In this document: piece after piece, positions 25,650 to 34,257 of the stretch
Position numbering within the stretch: position 1 is the first letter of the stretch
How the letters are laid out: each line of letters opens with the position of its first letter
Sequence record: PX907400.1
Length of the DNA: 43,319 nt
Reading direction: 5' to 3' (one strand)
Source of the DNA: a phage
Notes under the pieces: generated by a model
Databases searched by the model: none
What the model saw: only the letters and a program-made list of their open reading frames with translations
What the model was told of the DNA's origin: nothing
Program-made: the position numbers and the translations under genes

Positions 25650-26048
25650 ATGAAATACGAAGAAATGAGTGATTTTGAAATTAATTGTGCGGTGGCAGTT
25701 GTATTAGGTTTAAGTGAACACCTGTTCTTCCCTTCTGGAACTGATTACTTCGACAGTGATACAGATGAGTCAGATATGGGGCCGATATGGCAAACAGGCA
25801 GGTTGTGGGTTAAAGGTTTAAGAGCATCAAACGGTAACCTATTCAACCCTTGCAATAATGTAGAGCAATCATGGCCTATCATTATTAAAAACAGAATTGG
25901 CACAATTCCAGCTCCAGATAATGGATTGTGGAAGGCTGCGCACAGAAAGGTAGGCAATGATGATACACCATACCATTTTACTCAAGATAAAAACCCACTC
26001 CGCGCCGCTATGATTGTTTTCATGAAAATGCAGGGGGTTGCGGAATGA
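25650..26048 (+). CDS. hypothetical protein
   Basis: 132 aa ORF. Confidence 0.5.
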   Translation: MKYEEMSDFEINCAVAVVLGLSEHLFFPSGTDYFDSDTDESDMGPIWQTGRLWVKGLRASNGNLFNPCNNVEQSWPIIIKNRIGTIPAPDNGLWKAAHRKVGNDDTPYHFTQDKNPLRAAMIVFMKMQGVAE

Positions 26049-26317
26049 TTTATCAACTCTACCGCGGCATCGACCGACGGGATAGCACAGAGGCGTTGTG
26101 GTTGTTGCGTGCGCCGTCAGGTGCGCACCAGATGGAAGAGATGGCCTACCTTGGAAAAATACCGAAGCCGAAAGATATAGGCCGTCACCTGTCGCAGATT
26201 AAGCGCACGACTTTCGTTAAAAGTGACTTTTATGTCTTCGAGTCGATGTATAGCTGGGCTATGCATTGCGACCATAAGACGCGGCATTTAATCGACCAGT
26301 GGGAGGTCAGGGTATGA
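26045..26317 (+). CDS. hypothetical protein
   Basis: 90 aa, ATGA overlap. Confidence 0.45.
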   Translation: MIYQLYRGIDRRDSTEALWLLRAPSGAHQMEEMAYLGKIPKPKDIGRHLSQIKRTTFVKSDFYVFESMYSWAMHCDHKTRHLIDQWEVRV

Positions 26318-26472
26318 CGAACCGTAAAGCGCGACTTCTATTTGTTAGACGTCACCAGCCTTTTCGAGTGAGTAACTCAACTTGGCTGGTCATCTTCAAC
26401 CGTAGTGGCGACACGTGCGCCTGCAAACGTAAAACGCGTAAAGCTAAATGGGGTGTGGGGTTAAGAGCATGA
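26314..26472 (+). CDS. hypothetical small basic protein (52 aa)
   Basis: GGGAGG Shine-Dalgarno; ATGA overlaps on both sides. Confidence 0.3.
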   Translation: MTNRKARLLFVRRHQPFRVSNSTWLVIFNRSGDTCACKRKTRKAKWGVGLRA

Positions 26473-27716
26473 AACTAAAAGAACGCGGCGGCAATAACGA
26501 TGTGCACGCCTTACTGTCGCCGTCTGGAGCTAAAAAGTGGTTAACCTGCCCCGCATCACTGGCCTGTGAAAAAGATATTCCTAACACGTCAGGTAAAGCG
26601 GCGGTATTAGGCACAGCTATGCACACCATAGCTGAGATGCACCTTAACCAGTACATCAAAGGCACTGCGCTGCCGTTAGCGCGTGAAGTTGGCGCGTATG
26701 TACTGGATGAAGGAAAAGGCCAGATTAAGGCGCTAATCAGCCCAATGAAAGGCTCGGTACTGATTACCGCCGACATGATTGAACAGGTGCGCAAGTACAC
26801 CGACTACTGCAAAGCGATTATCGACGTTGCAACTTACGCAAAGCTGGAGATGCGGGTAAATCTTACTGAGGTGCTGCATCCGGGTTACGAAGGCGTTGAG
26901 ACATTCGGAACCGCCGACATTGTTGCCGTTCAGGAACTGGCGAACACCGACGAGCACATGCTCATTATTGGCGACCTTAAAACTGGACGGCATCGTGTTG
27001 AAGCGAAAGAAAACAAGCAGCTTATGCTTTACGCTCTCGGTGTTTATCGCCGACTCAAGAGACGTTATAACATCACAGTAGTGCGCCTGGTCATCTTCCA
27101 GCCGTACGCGGGGGGTGCGTCAGAGTGGGACATCTCGGTCGAAGGTCTGGAACTGTTCGCTAAGTTCGCACAGAAACGGGCACTGTTAGCGCTTGATGCT
27201 TATTTCCGTGGAAAGAAGAACCTGAAAGCGTCGGACTTTAAACCGTCGGTCGATGGTTGCCAGTGGTGCCGGTTCTCTGAACAGTGTGCCGCGCGTACAA
27301 AGACGGTTAATTCTGTACTGGCGGAAGAACTTGAAGACGACTTTGTGCTGGAACTGACGACGGAGCAACTCGTAGTTGAGTATGAGAAGTTGCCGCTGTT
27401 GCGCCAGCACATCGACAAGGTTGAGAAAGCGATGTCCGCCGCATTGCATTCCGGTAAGAAAGTGCCAGGGTACAAACTGGTAGAAGGCCGCCCGGGTAAT
27501 CGTGCGTGGAAAGATGCCGATGCGATTGAAGTGTCACACGGCGACATTCTCAAAAAAGAGGTATTGATGTCCCCTACGGAGGCAGCAAAAGTTCTTTCTG
27601 CGGATGAGATGGCAGCGCTTGAGCCGTTTATTACCCGTAAGCCAGGCGCACCATGTGTCGCAACGGCAGGCGACAAACGTCCTGAGTGGAATCAGGTTAG
27701 TGAAGAAGATTTATAA
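26448..27716 (+). CDS. PD-(D/E)XK nuclease with Cas4-like Cys cluster (DUF2800-like)
   Basis: N-terminal CPASLAC, C-terminal CQWCRFSEQC, GDLKTG and QLMLYALGVY motifs; alternative start at 26469. Confidence 0.6.
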   Translation: MGCGVKSMKLKERGGNNDVHALLSPSGAKKWLTCPASLACEKDIPNTSGKAAVLGTAMHTIAEMHLNQYIKGTALPLAREVGAYVLDEGKGQIKALISPMKGSVLITADMIEQVRKYTDYCKAIIDVATYAKLEMRVNLTEVLHPGYEGVETFGTADIVAVQELANTDEHMLIIGDLKTGRHRVEAKENKQLMLYALGVYRRLKRRYNITVVRLVIFQPYAGGASEWDISVEGLELFAKFAQKRALLALDAYFRGKKNLKASDFKPSVDGCQWCRFSEQCAARTKTVNSVLAEELEDDFVLELTTEQLVVEYEKLPLLRQHIDKVEKAMSAALHSGKKVPGYKLVEGRPGNRAWKDADAIEVSHGDILKKEVLMSPTEAAKVLSADEMAALEPFITRKPGAPCVATAGDKRPEWNQVSEEDL

Positions 27717-27723
27717 TAAAGTG

Positions 27724-27752
27724 TTGACACCTGAATAGTTAGCTATTATAGT
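27724..27752 (+). promoter_or_regulatory. sigma70 promoter (-35 TTGACA, 17 nt, -10 TATAGT) with operator
   Basis: Near-identical to 25028..25056. Confidence 0.55.
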
Positions 27753-27805
27753 TCTAATCACTGGCCGGGCAGTTCCCGGAGTAAACTGAAAAGCGAGAAA
27801 TCACG

Positions 27806-28432
27806 ATGGGTATTAAACTGAATCTGCGTAAAGTAAACACTGCATGGGTTAACGTATTCGAACGCGAAAAAGACCGTGAAAACGATGATGGCTCAATCAC
27901 TAAAGGCCAGTACAGCGCGACTATCATCCTGCCGTCTGACCACGCACAAATCGACGCGCTCTACGACACCGTTTACGCTGTGGTTGAAGAAGCGTTGGGC
28001 GCAGCTGCCGCTGAGAAGTGGATGAAGTCAAACTACGGCGAAGGTAAGCACATGGATAAATGTGCGATTAAAGACATTGCCGAGCGCGACAATCCGTTTG
28101 AAGACTTCCCGGAAGGCTTCTACTTCAAGGCGAAGGCACAGAAACAGCCACTGATTGTAACCTCTAAAAAAGGCGAGACTCAGGTAGAACAGGACTTCAA
28201 TGTAGACGGCGAACAGATTGAAGGTGAACAGGTTTACAGCGGCTGCGTCGCTAACGTAAGCGTTGAAATCTGGTTCAGTCAGAAATATAAAGTCCTCGGC
28301 GTTAACCTGCTGGCGATTAAATACATTGGCGAAGGCAAAGCGTTTGGCGGTTCTAAAGTAGCCGCAAGCGTCAACGACCTGGAAGACGACGAAGAAGATG
28401 AAGCACCGCGCCGCGAACGTCGTCGCCGCTAA
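27806..28432 (+). CDS. ssDNA-binding protein (DUF2815-like), putative
   Basis: Acidic C-terminal tail DLEDDEEDEAP; sits between the nuclease and polymerase genes. Confidence 0.5.
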   Translation: MGIKLNLRKVNTAWVNVFEREKDRENDDGSITKGQYSATIILPSDHAQIDALYDTVYAVVEEALGAAAAEKWMKSNYGEGKHMDKCAIKDIAERDNPFEDFPEGFYFKAKAQKQPLIVTSKKGETQVEQDFNVDGEQIEGEQVYSGCVANVSVEIWFSQKYKVLGVNLLAIKYIGEGKAFGGSKVAASVNDLEDDEEDEAPRRERRRR

Positions 28433-28452
28433 TATCTGAATCAATTTAACTA

Positions 28453-28475
28453 AGGCCCTTCATTGGGCCTTTTTA
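28453..28475 (+). terminator. rho-independent terminator
   Basis: AGGCCC-TTCATT-GGGCCT followed by TTTTT. Confidence 0.6.
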
Positions 28476-28491
28476 CTAAGGGTCGAAAATA

Positions 28492-28647
28492 ATGTTTTTC
28501 TGTAAACACGTTTATCGCTATATGAAACCGCTTCCTTGGTACGCGGATGAGTACCGGGCCGGGTACAGGCATGTGGGGATTTGCCGTGATTGTATGAAAA
28601 TAAGACTCAGCGAAACGAAGGCACTGGATTTAAGGAAAAAGAAATGA
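28492..28647 (+). CDS. small zinc-ribbon-like protein (51 aa)
   Basis: CxxH...CxxC; stop overlaps the polymerase ATG (ATGA). Confidence 0.3.
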   Translation: MFFCKHVYRYMKPLPWYADEYRAGYRHVGICRDCMKIRLSETKALDLRKKK

Positions 28648-30824
28648 GCTACTTATACCTGGACTTTGAAACATTCTCCGAAGCCGATTTAAAGAAAGTC
28701 GGTTCCTACGCTTACGCCGAACACCCAACCACCGAAGTGCTTATCTGCACATATGCTTTTGACGACGAGCCTGTACAGGTATGGGACTGCACCGACGGCA
28801 GCGACATGCCGGGGGATTTGCATCGCGCGTTACGCCGTCTGGTGAAACCAAATAGTCGCATTAAGATGGTATGGCACAACGGCTCAATGTTCGACAGGCT
28901 CATCATGAAACACTGCTGGGGCTTTGATATTCCCGTAAGCAACACCATTGATACGATGATTTGGGCGTTTCGTCACGCGCTGCCGGGTTCACTTGATGCG
29001 CTGTGTGAAGTGCTTGGCGTGTCTGCTGACAATGCAAAAGATAAACGCGGCAAGGCGCTGATTCAGCGTTTCTCTAAACCGACACCGAAGAATTACAAAA
29101 TCCGCCGCTACACCGCAGAAACACACCCGGACGAGTGGGCGCTGTTCATCAAGTACGCCGTGAGCGACATCACTGCGATGCGTGAAGTCTTCCATAAGCT
29201 GCCGCGTTGGGGTAACTCTGAGTTCGAAGACCGTGTACTGGAACTGGACCAGTTAATCAACGACCGCGGGTTTAAGGTTGACGTTGCACTGGCGGAAGCC
29301 GCTACTGAAGCCGTGGAGAAACACAAAGCGCAGTTACAGGAGGAAGCCCAACGCAAATACGGCGGCTCGCTTACTGGTAAGGACTTTCTGCCGATTCTTC
29401 GTGAACTCGCCCCTGCACACCGCATACACAACGCACAGAAGTCGACGCTTAACGACCTGCTGGCGGACGATGATTTACCGGACGACGCACGCACAGTTAT
29501 CGAAATGCGCCTCGGGGCCGCGTCCACCGCGTCAACGAAATATAACCCGCTGCTGTTGGGCCGCTCGTCTGACGACCGACGCCGTGGTTGCATACAATAT
29601 GGTGGAGCTAAGCGTACGTTACGGTTTGCAGGTAAAGGCTTCCAGCCGCAGAACCTCGCGCGCGGGTACTATCACGATGATGAACTGGATAAAGGAATTT
29701 CTGCGTTACTTAAGGGCCGCGCTCATCGTCGATTTGACGTAGCCAAGCTAACGGCATCTACCGTTCGTAGCTGCATCATACCGGAAACTGGACATAAGTT
29801 TGTCGTTGCCGATTACTCTAACGTCGAAGGCCGCGGGCTTGCGTGGCTGGCGGGGGAAGAAACCGCGCTAGATACGTTCCGTGCCGGACTGGATATTTAC
29901 TGCGTAACCGCGGGTAAGATGTTCGGTATGGAGCCGGATTACATTAAGAAAGAACGTAAAGATTTGCGCCAGATTGGTAAGGCCTGCGAACTTGGGCTTG
30001 GCTATGCGGGCGGTGTCGGCGCATTCGTACAGTTCGCCAAGAACCTTGGCCTTGACCTGGTTGATATGGCAAAAACAATGGATGGGACTTTCCCCGACCA
30101 CATCTGGGCTGCTACCGCACGTGGATATGAGTGGGCGCGTATTCAGGAAGCCAAGCGACCACCACGTCCAGGTGAAAAGGATGACCGACCATCATATATT
30201 CTTGATAAGAAAGTGTGGCGTACCTGTGACGCTATCAAGCGCATGTGGCGCGAGTCTCACCCGGAAACAGTAGCTTTCTGGCGAGATATTGAAGACGCAG
30301 CTATGGCAGCTATCCGCAATCCAGGTAAAGAGTTCACTGCAGGGCCTCGCGGCGTTAAGTTTTCACGCAACGTAGAGACAGACAACAACGGCAACAAAGT
30401 CGCCGGTTGGTGGTTGCGCATGACGTTGCCGTCGGGCCGCGTTATGTCTTATCCAGGTGTCGGGTTAAGCGTGTCGAAAGAGACAGACGAAGACGGGAAG
30501 GTGTCCACTAACGTCCGCATCAAGTACCAGGGCGAAAACCAGTTAACACGGCAGTGGGGCTTCCAGTACACATATTCCGGTAAACTCGTGGAAAACTGCA
30601 CTCAGGCGCTGTGCCGTGATTTGTTGGCTAATGCGCTGCTTAACGTAGAAGCAAACGGCTATCCGATTGTGCTTCACGTACACGATGAGATTATCTGCGA
30701 GACACCAGATTTACCAGAATACAATGTTGCAGAACTGGAACGATTGATGTGCGAATTACCAGAGTGGGCCGAGGGGTTCCCTCTTGTAGCAGAAGGCGCG
30801 GAGATGAAGCGTTATGCCAAGTAA
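28644..30824 (+). CDS. family A DNA polymerase with 3'-5' exonuclease domain
   Basis: Exo motifs DFETFS, HNGSMFD, YAVSD; polymerase motifs DYSNVE, KACELGLGYAGG, HVHDE; ATG 28644 with AAGGAAAAA Shine-Dalgarno. Confidence 0.85.
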   Translation: MSYLYLDFETFSEADLKKVGSYAYAEHPTTEVLICTYAFDDEPVQVWDCTDGSDMPGDLHRALRRLVKPNSRIKMVWHNGSMFDRLIMKHCWGFDIPVSNTIDTMIWAFRHALPGSLDALCEVLGVSADNAKDKRGKALIQRFSKPTPKNYKIRRYTAETHPDEWALFIKYAVSDITAMREVFHKLPRWGNSEFEDRVLELDQLINDRGFKVDVALAEAATEAVEKHKAQLQEEAQRKYGGSLTGKDFLPILRELAPAHRIHNAQKSTLNDLLADDDLPDDARTVIEMRLGAASTASTKYNPLLLGRSSDDRRRGCIQYGGAKRTLRFAGKGFQPQNLARGYYHDDELDKGISALLKGRAHRRFDVAKLTASTVRSCIIPETGHKFVVADYSNVEGRGLAWLAGEETALDTFRAGLDIYCVTAGKMFGMEPDYIKKERKDLRQIGKACELGLGYAGGVGAFVQFAKNLGLDLVDMAKTMDGTFPDHIWAATARGYEWARIQEAKRPPRPGEKDDRPSYILDKKVWRTCDAIKRMWRESHPETVAFWRDIEDAAMAAIRNPGKEFTAGPRGVKFSRNVETDNNGNKVAGWWLRMTLPSGRVMSYPGVGLSVSKETDEDGKVSTNVRIKYQGENQLTRQWGFQYTYSGKLVENCTQALCRDLLANALLNVEANGYPIVLHVHDEIICETPDLPEYNVAELERLMCELPEWAEGFPLVAEGAEMKRYAK

Positions 30825-30945
30825 ACTGATTATCGCGGTACTGGCGGGATTTGCTGCCGGTGTCTACTGTCACGAGGGTCAATACGGCATGATGGTCGCC
30901 ATATTAGGCATGTTCATCGCAATTTATCTGTGGGTGCTGGAATGA
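30814..30945 (+). CDS. small membrane protein (43 aa)
   Basis: Hydrophobic; overlaps the polymerase 3' end and the next ATG. Confidence 0.3.
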   Translation: MPSKLIIAVLAGFAAGVYCHEGQYGMMVAILGMFIAIYLWVLE

Positions 30946-31031
30946 AAATCTACTGGTTTTATGAAGAAGACTGTCGAATCTGTCCGCGCTGCGGTATTGA
31001 ACATACGAAACTGGAGGGGTGCGTACTATGA
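30942..31031 (+). CDS. zinc-ribbon peptide (29 aa)
   Basis: CRICPRCG; ATGA overlaps on both sides. Confidence 0.3.
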   Translation: MKIYWFYEEDCRICPRCGIEHTKLEGCVL

Positions 31032-31180
31032 CAATGTTTGTATTTCGGACGATAGTAACCATGCTCGCACTGTTACTCGGGGCGGGAATAGCCGCGATGT
31101 TCTGTTACGGCCTGTTCTTTAAGTTTGCCGGTGTTGCCGTTCTAGGCGGGGCGTTTATAACTTGGGTTCTGCGCTCATGA
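31028..31180 (+). CDS. small membrane protein (50 aa)
   Basis: Hydrophobic; stop overlaps the VRR-NUC ATG. Confidence 0.3.
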   Translation: MTMFVFRTIVTMLALLLGAGIAAMFCYGLFFKFAGVAVLGGAFITWVLRS

Positions 31181-31461
31181 CCCCGGAAGGCAAAATACAG
31201 AAATACGCAAAAGAGCGATTCGAGGCCATTGGTGGCCTCGTTCGTAAGCTCTCCTACGAAGGACGTTCGGGTGCCCCTGACCTGCTGGTAATTCTCCCCG
31301 GCGGCATAGTCTGGTTCGTCGAGGTGAAGAAAGACGAAAACACGAAGCCAGACCCGCACCAGATACGTGAGCACGAGCGGATGCGTAAACGTGGTGCGAA
31401 TGTTTTTGTCGTTGGTTCGTTTAAACAGGTTGACGACCTAATAGCGAGCTATTATAGTTAG
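31177..31461 (+). CDS. VRR-NUC domain nuclease
   Basis: PDLLVILPGG...FVEVKK PD-(D/E)XK core. Confidence 0.6.
   Translation: MTPEGKIQKYAKERFEAIGGLVRKLSYEGRSGAPDLLVILPGGIVWFVEVKKDENTKPDPHQIREHERMRKRGANVFVVGSFKQVDDLIASYYS
31430..31458 (+). promoter_or_regulatory. sigma70 promoter (-35 TTGACG, 17 nt, -10 TATAGT) with operator, embedded in the 3' end of the VRR-NUC gene
   Basis: Same architecture as 25028 and 27724. Confidence 0.5.
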
Positions 31462-31491
31462 TCATACACCAACAATATAAGGAATTGAGAA

Positions 31492-31683
31492 ATGAAACAC
31501 GAATATGACCGCAAACCAGCACGTGACATCGTACCTGGCGATATGATTTTCAACGTTAAGACCCGCCACCCTGTTGCCGTTGATACGGTGTACGTCGAGT
31601 CAAACGGTAAACTGGTTATCGAAGATGTAACCGGTAACGTTACGGCGTTCGGTCGTAAAGAGTTAGTTCTGGTGGCGAAATGA
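31492..31683 (+). CDS. hypothetical protein
   Basis: 63 aa, AAGGAA Shine-Dalgarno. Confidence 0.45.
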   Translation: MKHEYDRKPARDIVPGDMIFNVKTRHPVAVDTVYVESNGKLVIEDVTGNVTAFGRKELVLVAK

Positions 31684-32609
31684 ACTATTACAATGAATGG
31701 GATAAAGGCGCAGCCGCGTGGCTGCGTGAGTTGATAAAACAGGGACACATACCTTTTGGAGTTGTAGATGAAAGAAGCATTACCGAAGTTAAGCCAGAAG
31801 ACCTTGACGGGTTCACCCAGTGTCATTTTTTCGCGGGTATCGGCGGCTGGCCTCTCGCGCTCAGACTTGCGGGAGTTTCGGAGGATACGCCTCTCTGGAC
31901 GGGAAGCCCGCCTTGCCAACCGTTTAGCACGGCAGGAAAACAACTCGGACAGTTCGACCCGAGACACCTCGCGCCGGTCTTCCTCGACCTCATCAGCGAG
32001 TGCCGCCCTCCAGTCATCTTTGGGGAGCAGGTTGCGGCAGCAATTGCAAAATCGTGGATGTGCGATTTACAAGCTCACCTGGAAGGAGAAGACTACGCCG
32101 TCGGGTTTGCTGTACTCCCAGCTTGTAGCGTCGGCGCACCGCACAAAAGAGAACGACTCTTCTTTGGCGCGCACAGACTGGCCCACACCGGCGGTATCAC
32201 TGATAACAAACGACGTGAACATGCGCAGCACAGACGGCAGGACGAAACCGAACAAACTGGGATGGGCCGCTGCGATGGCGGCTTGGCCTACTCCGACAGC
32301 GAACGACTACAGGGGGAGCGGAGAGACAGTGATTCGCAAGGACGGGAAGGACAGGACATTCGACAGGCTGGACTACTCGACGGAGCAGGGTCTGAAAATA
32401 ACACAACCAATCCGCATCACGGCTTCTGGTCAGATACTGACTGGCTCGGATGCCGGGATGGAAAATTCAGGCCAGTTGAACCCGGCGCATTCCCGCTGGC
32501 TAATGGGATACCCGCCAGAGTGGGACGATTGCGCGGTTATGGCAATGCCATCGTCCCGCAAGTAGCCGCTGAATTTATAAAGGCATTCATGGGGGCGGTA
32601 AATGAGTAA
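31680..32609 (+). CDS. DNA (cytosine-5) methyltransferase, apparently frame-disrupted
   Basis: Frame 0 has motifs FFAGIGG, PCQPFS, GEQV, HKRERLFFG and C-terminal YGNAIVPQV; the overlapping +1 ORF 31768..32565 has WPTP repeats and LNPAHSRWLMGYPPEW. Confidence 0.6.
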   Translation: MNYYNEWDKGAAAWLRELIKQGHIPFGVVDERSITEVKPEDLDGFTQCHFFAGIGGWPLALRLAGVSEDTPLWTGSPPCQPFSTAGKQLGQFDPRHLAPVFLDLISECRPPVIFGEQVAAAIAKSWMCDLQAHLEGEDYAVGFAVLPACSVGAPHKRERLFFGAHRLAHTGGITDNKRREHAQHRRQDETEQTGMGRCDGGLAYSDSERLQGERRDSDSQGREGQDIRQAGLLDGAGSENNTTNPHHGFWSDTDWLGCRDGKFRPVEPGAFPLANGIPARVGRLRGYGNAIVPQVAAEFIKAFMGAVNE

Positions 32610-34026
32610 GTTTCAAAGGCGCGAATACCAGAAGCTCATGACTTCGTTCATGCTGCGGCACCATCGCTGCAATATCTGGGCGAGCATGGGCAGCGGTAAG
32701 TCGGGGTCAACGTTGTGGGTTCTCAATCGACTGTTCCGTAATGGGCAACTTAATGACGACGACCGAGTGTTAATTCTGGCTCCTTTACGTGTTGCGTCCG
32801 GTACGTGGCCCGCAGAACAGGCACGTTGGAACTTCCCCTGTCTGAGTGTCGTAGACGCAACCGGTTCAGAGAAGCGCCGTATCGCGGCGCTGGAGTCAGA
32901 TGCTAACGTGGTGTGCACAAACTACGAAGTTATCGAGTGGCTTATTGACTACTACGGCAAAGACGACTGGCCTTTCACAGTTATCGTTGCCGATGAGAGC
33001 ACGAAGCTGAAATCGTTCCGTAGCCGTTCTGGGGGTAGCAAGCGGGCAAAGGCGCTTAGCAAGGTAGCATTCGGTAAGGTTAAGCGTTTTATCAACCTGA
33101 CCGGTACACCGTCGCCTAACGGACTTAAGGACCTGTGGGGGCAGAACTGGTTTATAGACGCGGGCGAGCGCCTCGGTTCTTCGTATACAGCGTTCACCGA
33201 CCGCTGGTTCAACTCTGTACAGAAAGGCAAATCGGCGATGGCGCGTGAGTATCACGCCCGCCCGGGTGCGGATACCGAGATTCATCAGAAGATGAAGGAC
33301 ATTAGTCTCACGATTGACGCTGCCGAGTGGTTCGGTTGCGAAGCGCCGATTATCGTACCGGTTGAAATAGACCTGCCGAAGAAAGCACGCCAGGCGTACA
33401 TCGATATGGAGGAGAAGTTATTCGCGGAACTGGAGAGCGGGGAAGTAGAAGCGGCTAACGCCGCAGCGAAGACGTCAAAGTGTTTGCAGATTGCATCCGG
33501 CGCCGTATATGTGTCAGGGCCGGACGGTGAGGCAACGAAAGACTGGGAGAAAGTGCACGACACGAAACTGGATGCGCTGGAGTCAATTGTTGAGGAGTTG
33601 CAGGGTGCGCCGTTACTAGTCGCCTATCAGTTCAAGCACGAACTGGAGCGCATCCTCAAGCGCTTCCCGCAGGCGCAGGCTTTTGCAAAAGGCGCGAAGG
33701 GCAATAAGCAGATGGAAGCGTGGAACCGCGGCGAAATCGAGATTTTGTGCGTCCACCCTGCGTCAGCCGGTCATGGTTTGAATTTACAGGACGGCGGACA
33801 CCATCTGGCGTTCATCTCGCAAGGCTGGAACCTTGAACACTATTTGCAGGTTGTCGAGCGTATAGGCCCTGTCCGCCAGAAACAGGCAGGTCATGAGCGC
33901 CCGGTGTTCCTCTATCACATCGTTGCAAAAGACACGCTGGACGAGGTTGTTGCCGCGCGTACTGACGAGAAGAAATCCGTCCAGGAAGAGTTGCTTAACT
34001 ACATGAAGAGACGAGGTAAGAAATGA
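32602..34026 (+). CDS. SNF2-family (DEAD/DEAH-like) helicase
   Basis: GSGKS P-loop, VIVADEST box, C-terminal helicase motifs (HGLNLQ...QVVERIGPVRQ). Confidence 0.7.
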   Translation: MSKFQRREYQKLMTSFMLRHHRCNIWASMGSGKSGSTLWVLNRLFRNGQLNDDDRVLILAPLRVASGTWPAEQARWNFPCLSVVDATGSEKRRIAALESDANVVCTNYEVIEWLIDYYGKDDWPFTVIVADESTKLKSFRSRSGGSKRAKALSKVAFGKVKRFINLTGTPSPNGLKDLWGQNWFIDAGERLGSSYTAFTDRWFNSVQKGKSAMAREYHARPGADTEIHQKMKDISLTIDAAEWFGCEAPIIVPVEIDLPKKARQAYIDMEEKLFAELESGEVEAANAAAKTSKCLQIASGAVYVSGPDGEATKDWEKVHDTKLDALESIVEELQGAPLLVAYQFKHELERILKRFPQAQAFAKGAKGNKQMEAWNRGEIEILCVHPASAGHGLNLQDGGHHLAFISQGWNLEHYLQVVERIGPVRQKQAGHERPVFLYHIVAKDTLDEVVAARTDEKKSVQEELLNYMKRRGKK

Positions 34027-34226
34027 ATAATGAGTTTGATATTGACGCCTGCAACGAATTGGTAAAATCTGCTCTTAATGCCCGCGAGCAACTTCTTGCT
34101 ATGCAGTTAAAGCGAGAAATAAAACGTATCAAGGAACTTGAAGAGGAGGTTCTACGACTACGGCAGCAAAGAGACGCCGCTAACGCACAACTGGCGTTTG
34201 TACTGGAGAAGCTATCAGAAGAGTAG
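34023..34226 (+). CDS. small coiled-coil protein
   Basis: 67 aa helix-rich, last gene of the rightward operon. Confidence 0.45.
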   Translation: MNNEFDIDACNELVKSALNAREQLLAMQLKREIKRIKELEEEVLRLRQQRDAANAQLAFVLEKLSEE

Positions 34227-34228
34227 AG

Positions 34229-34257
34229 AAAAGGCCCCGTTTGGGGCCTTAGTTTTC
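34229..34257. terminator. bidirectional rho-independent terminator
   Basis: AAGGCCCC-GTTT-GGGGCCTT with T-runs on both strands; overlaps the tailspike stop. Confidence 0.6.

Noticed and set aside
29278-29742. 154-aa alternate-frame ORF inside the polymerase gene
   Set aside because: Arg-rich out-of-frame translation of a well-supported polymerase coding region.
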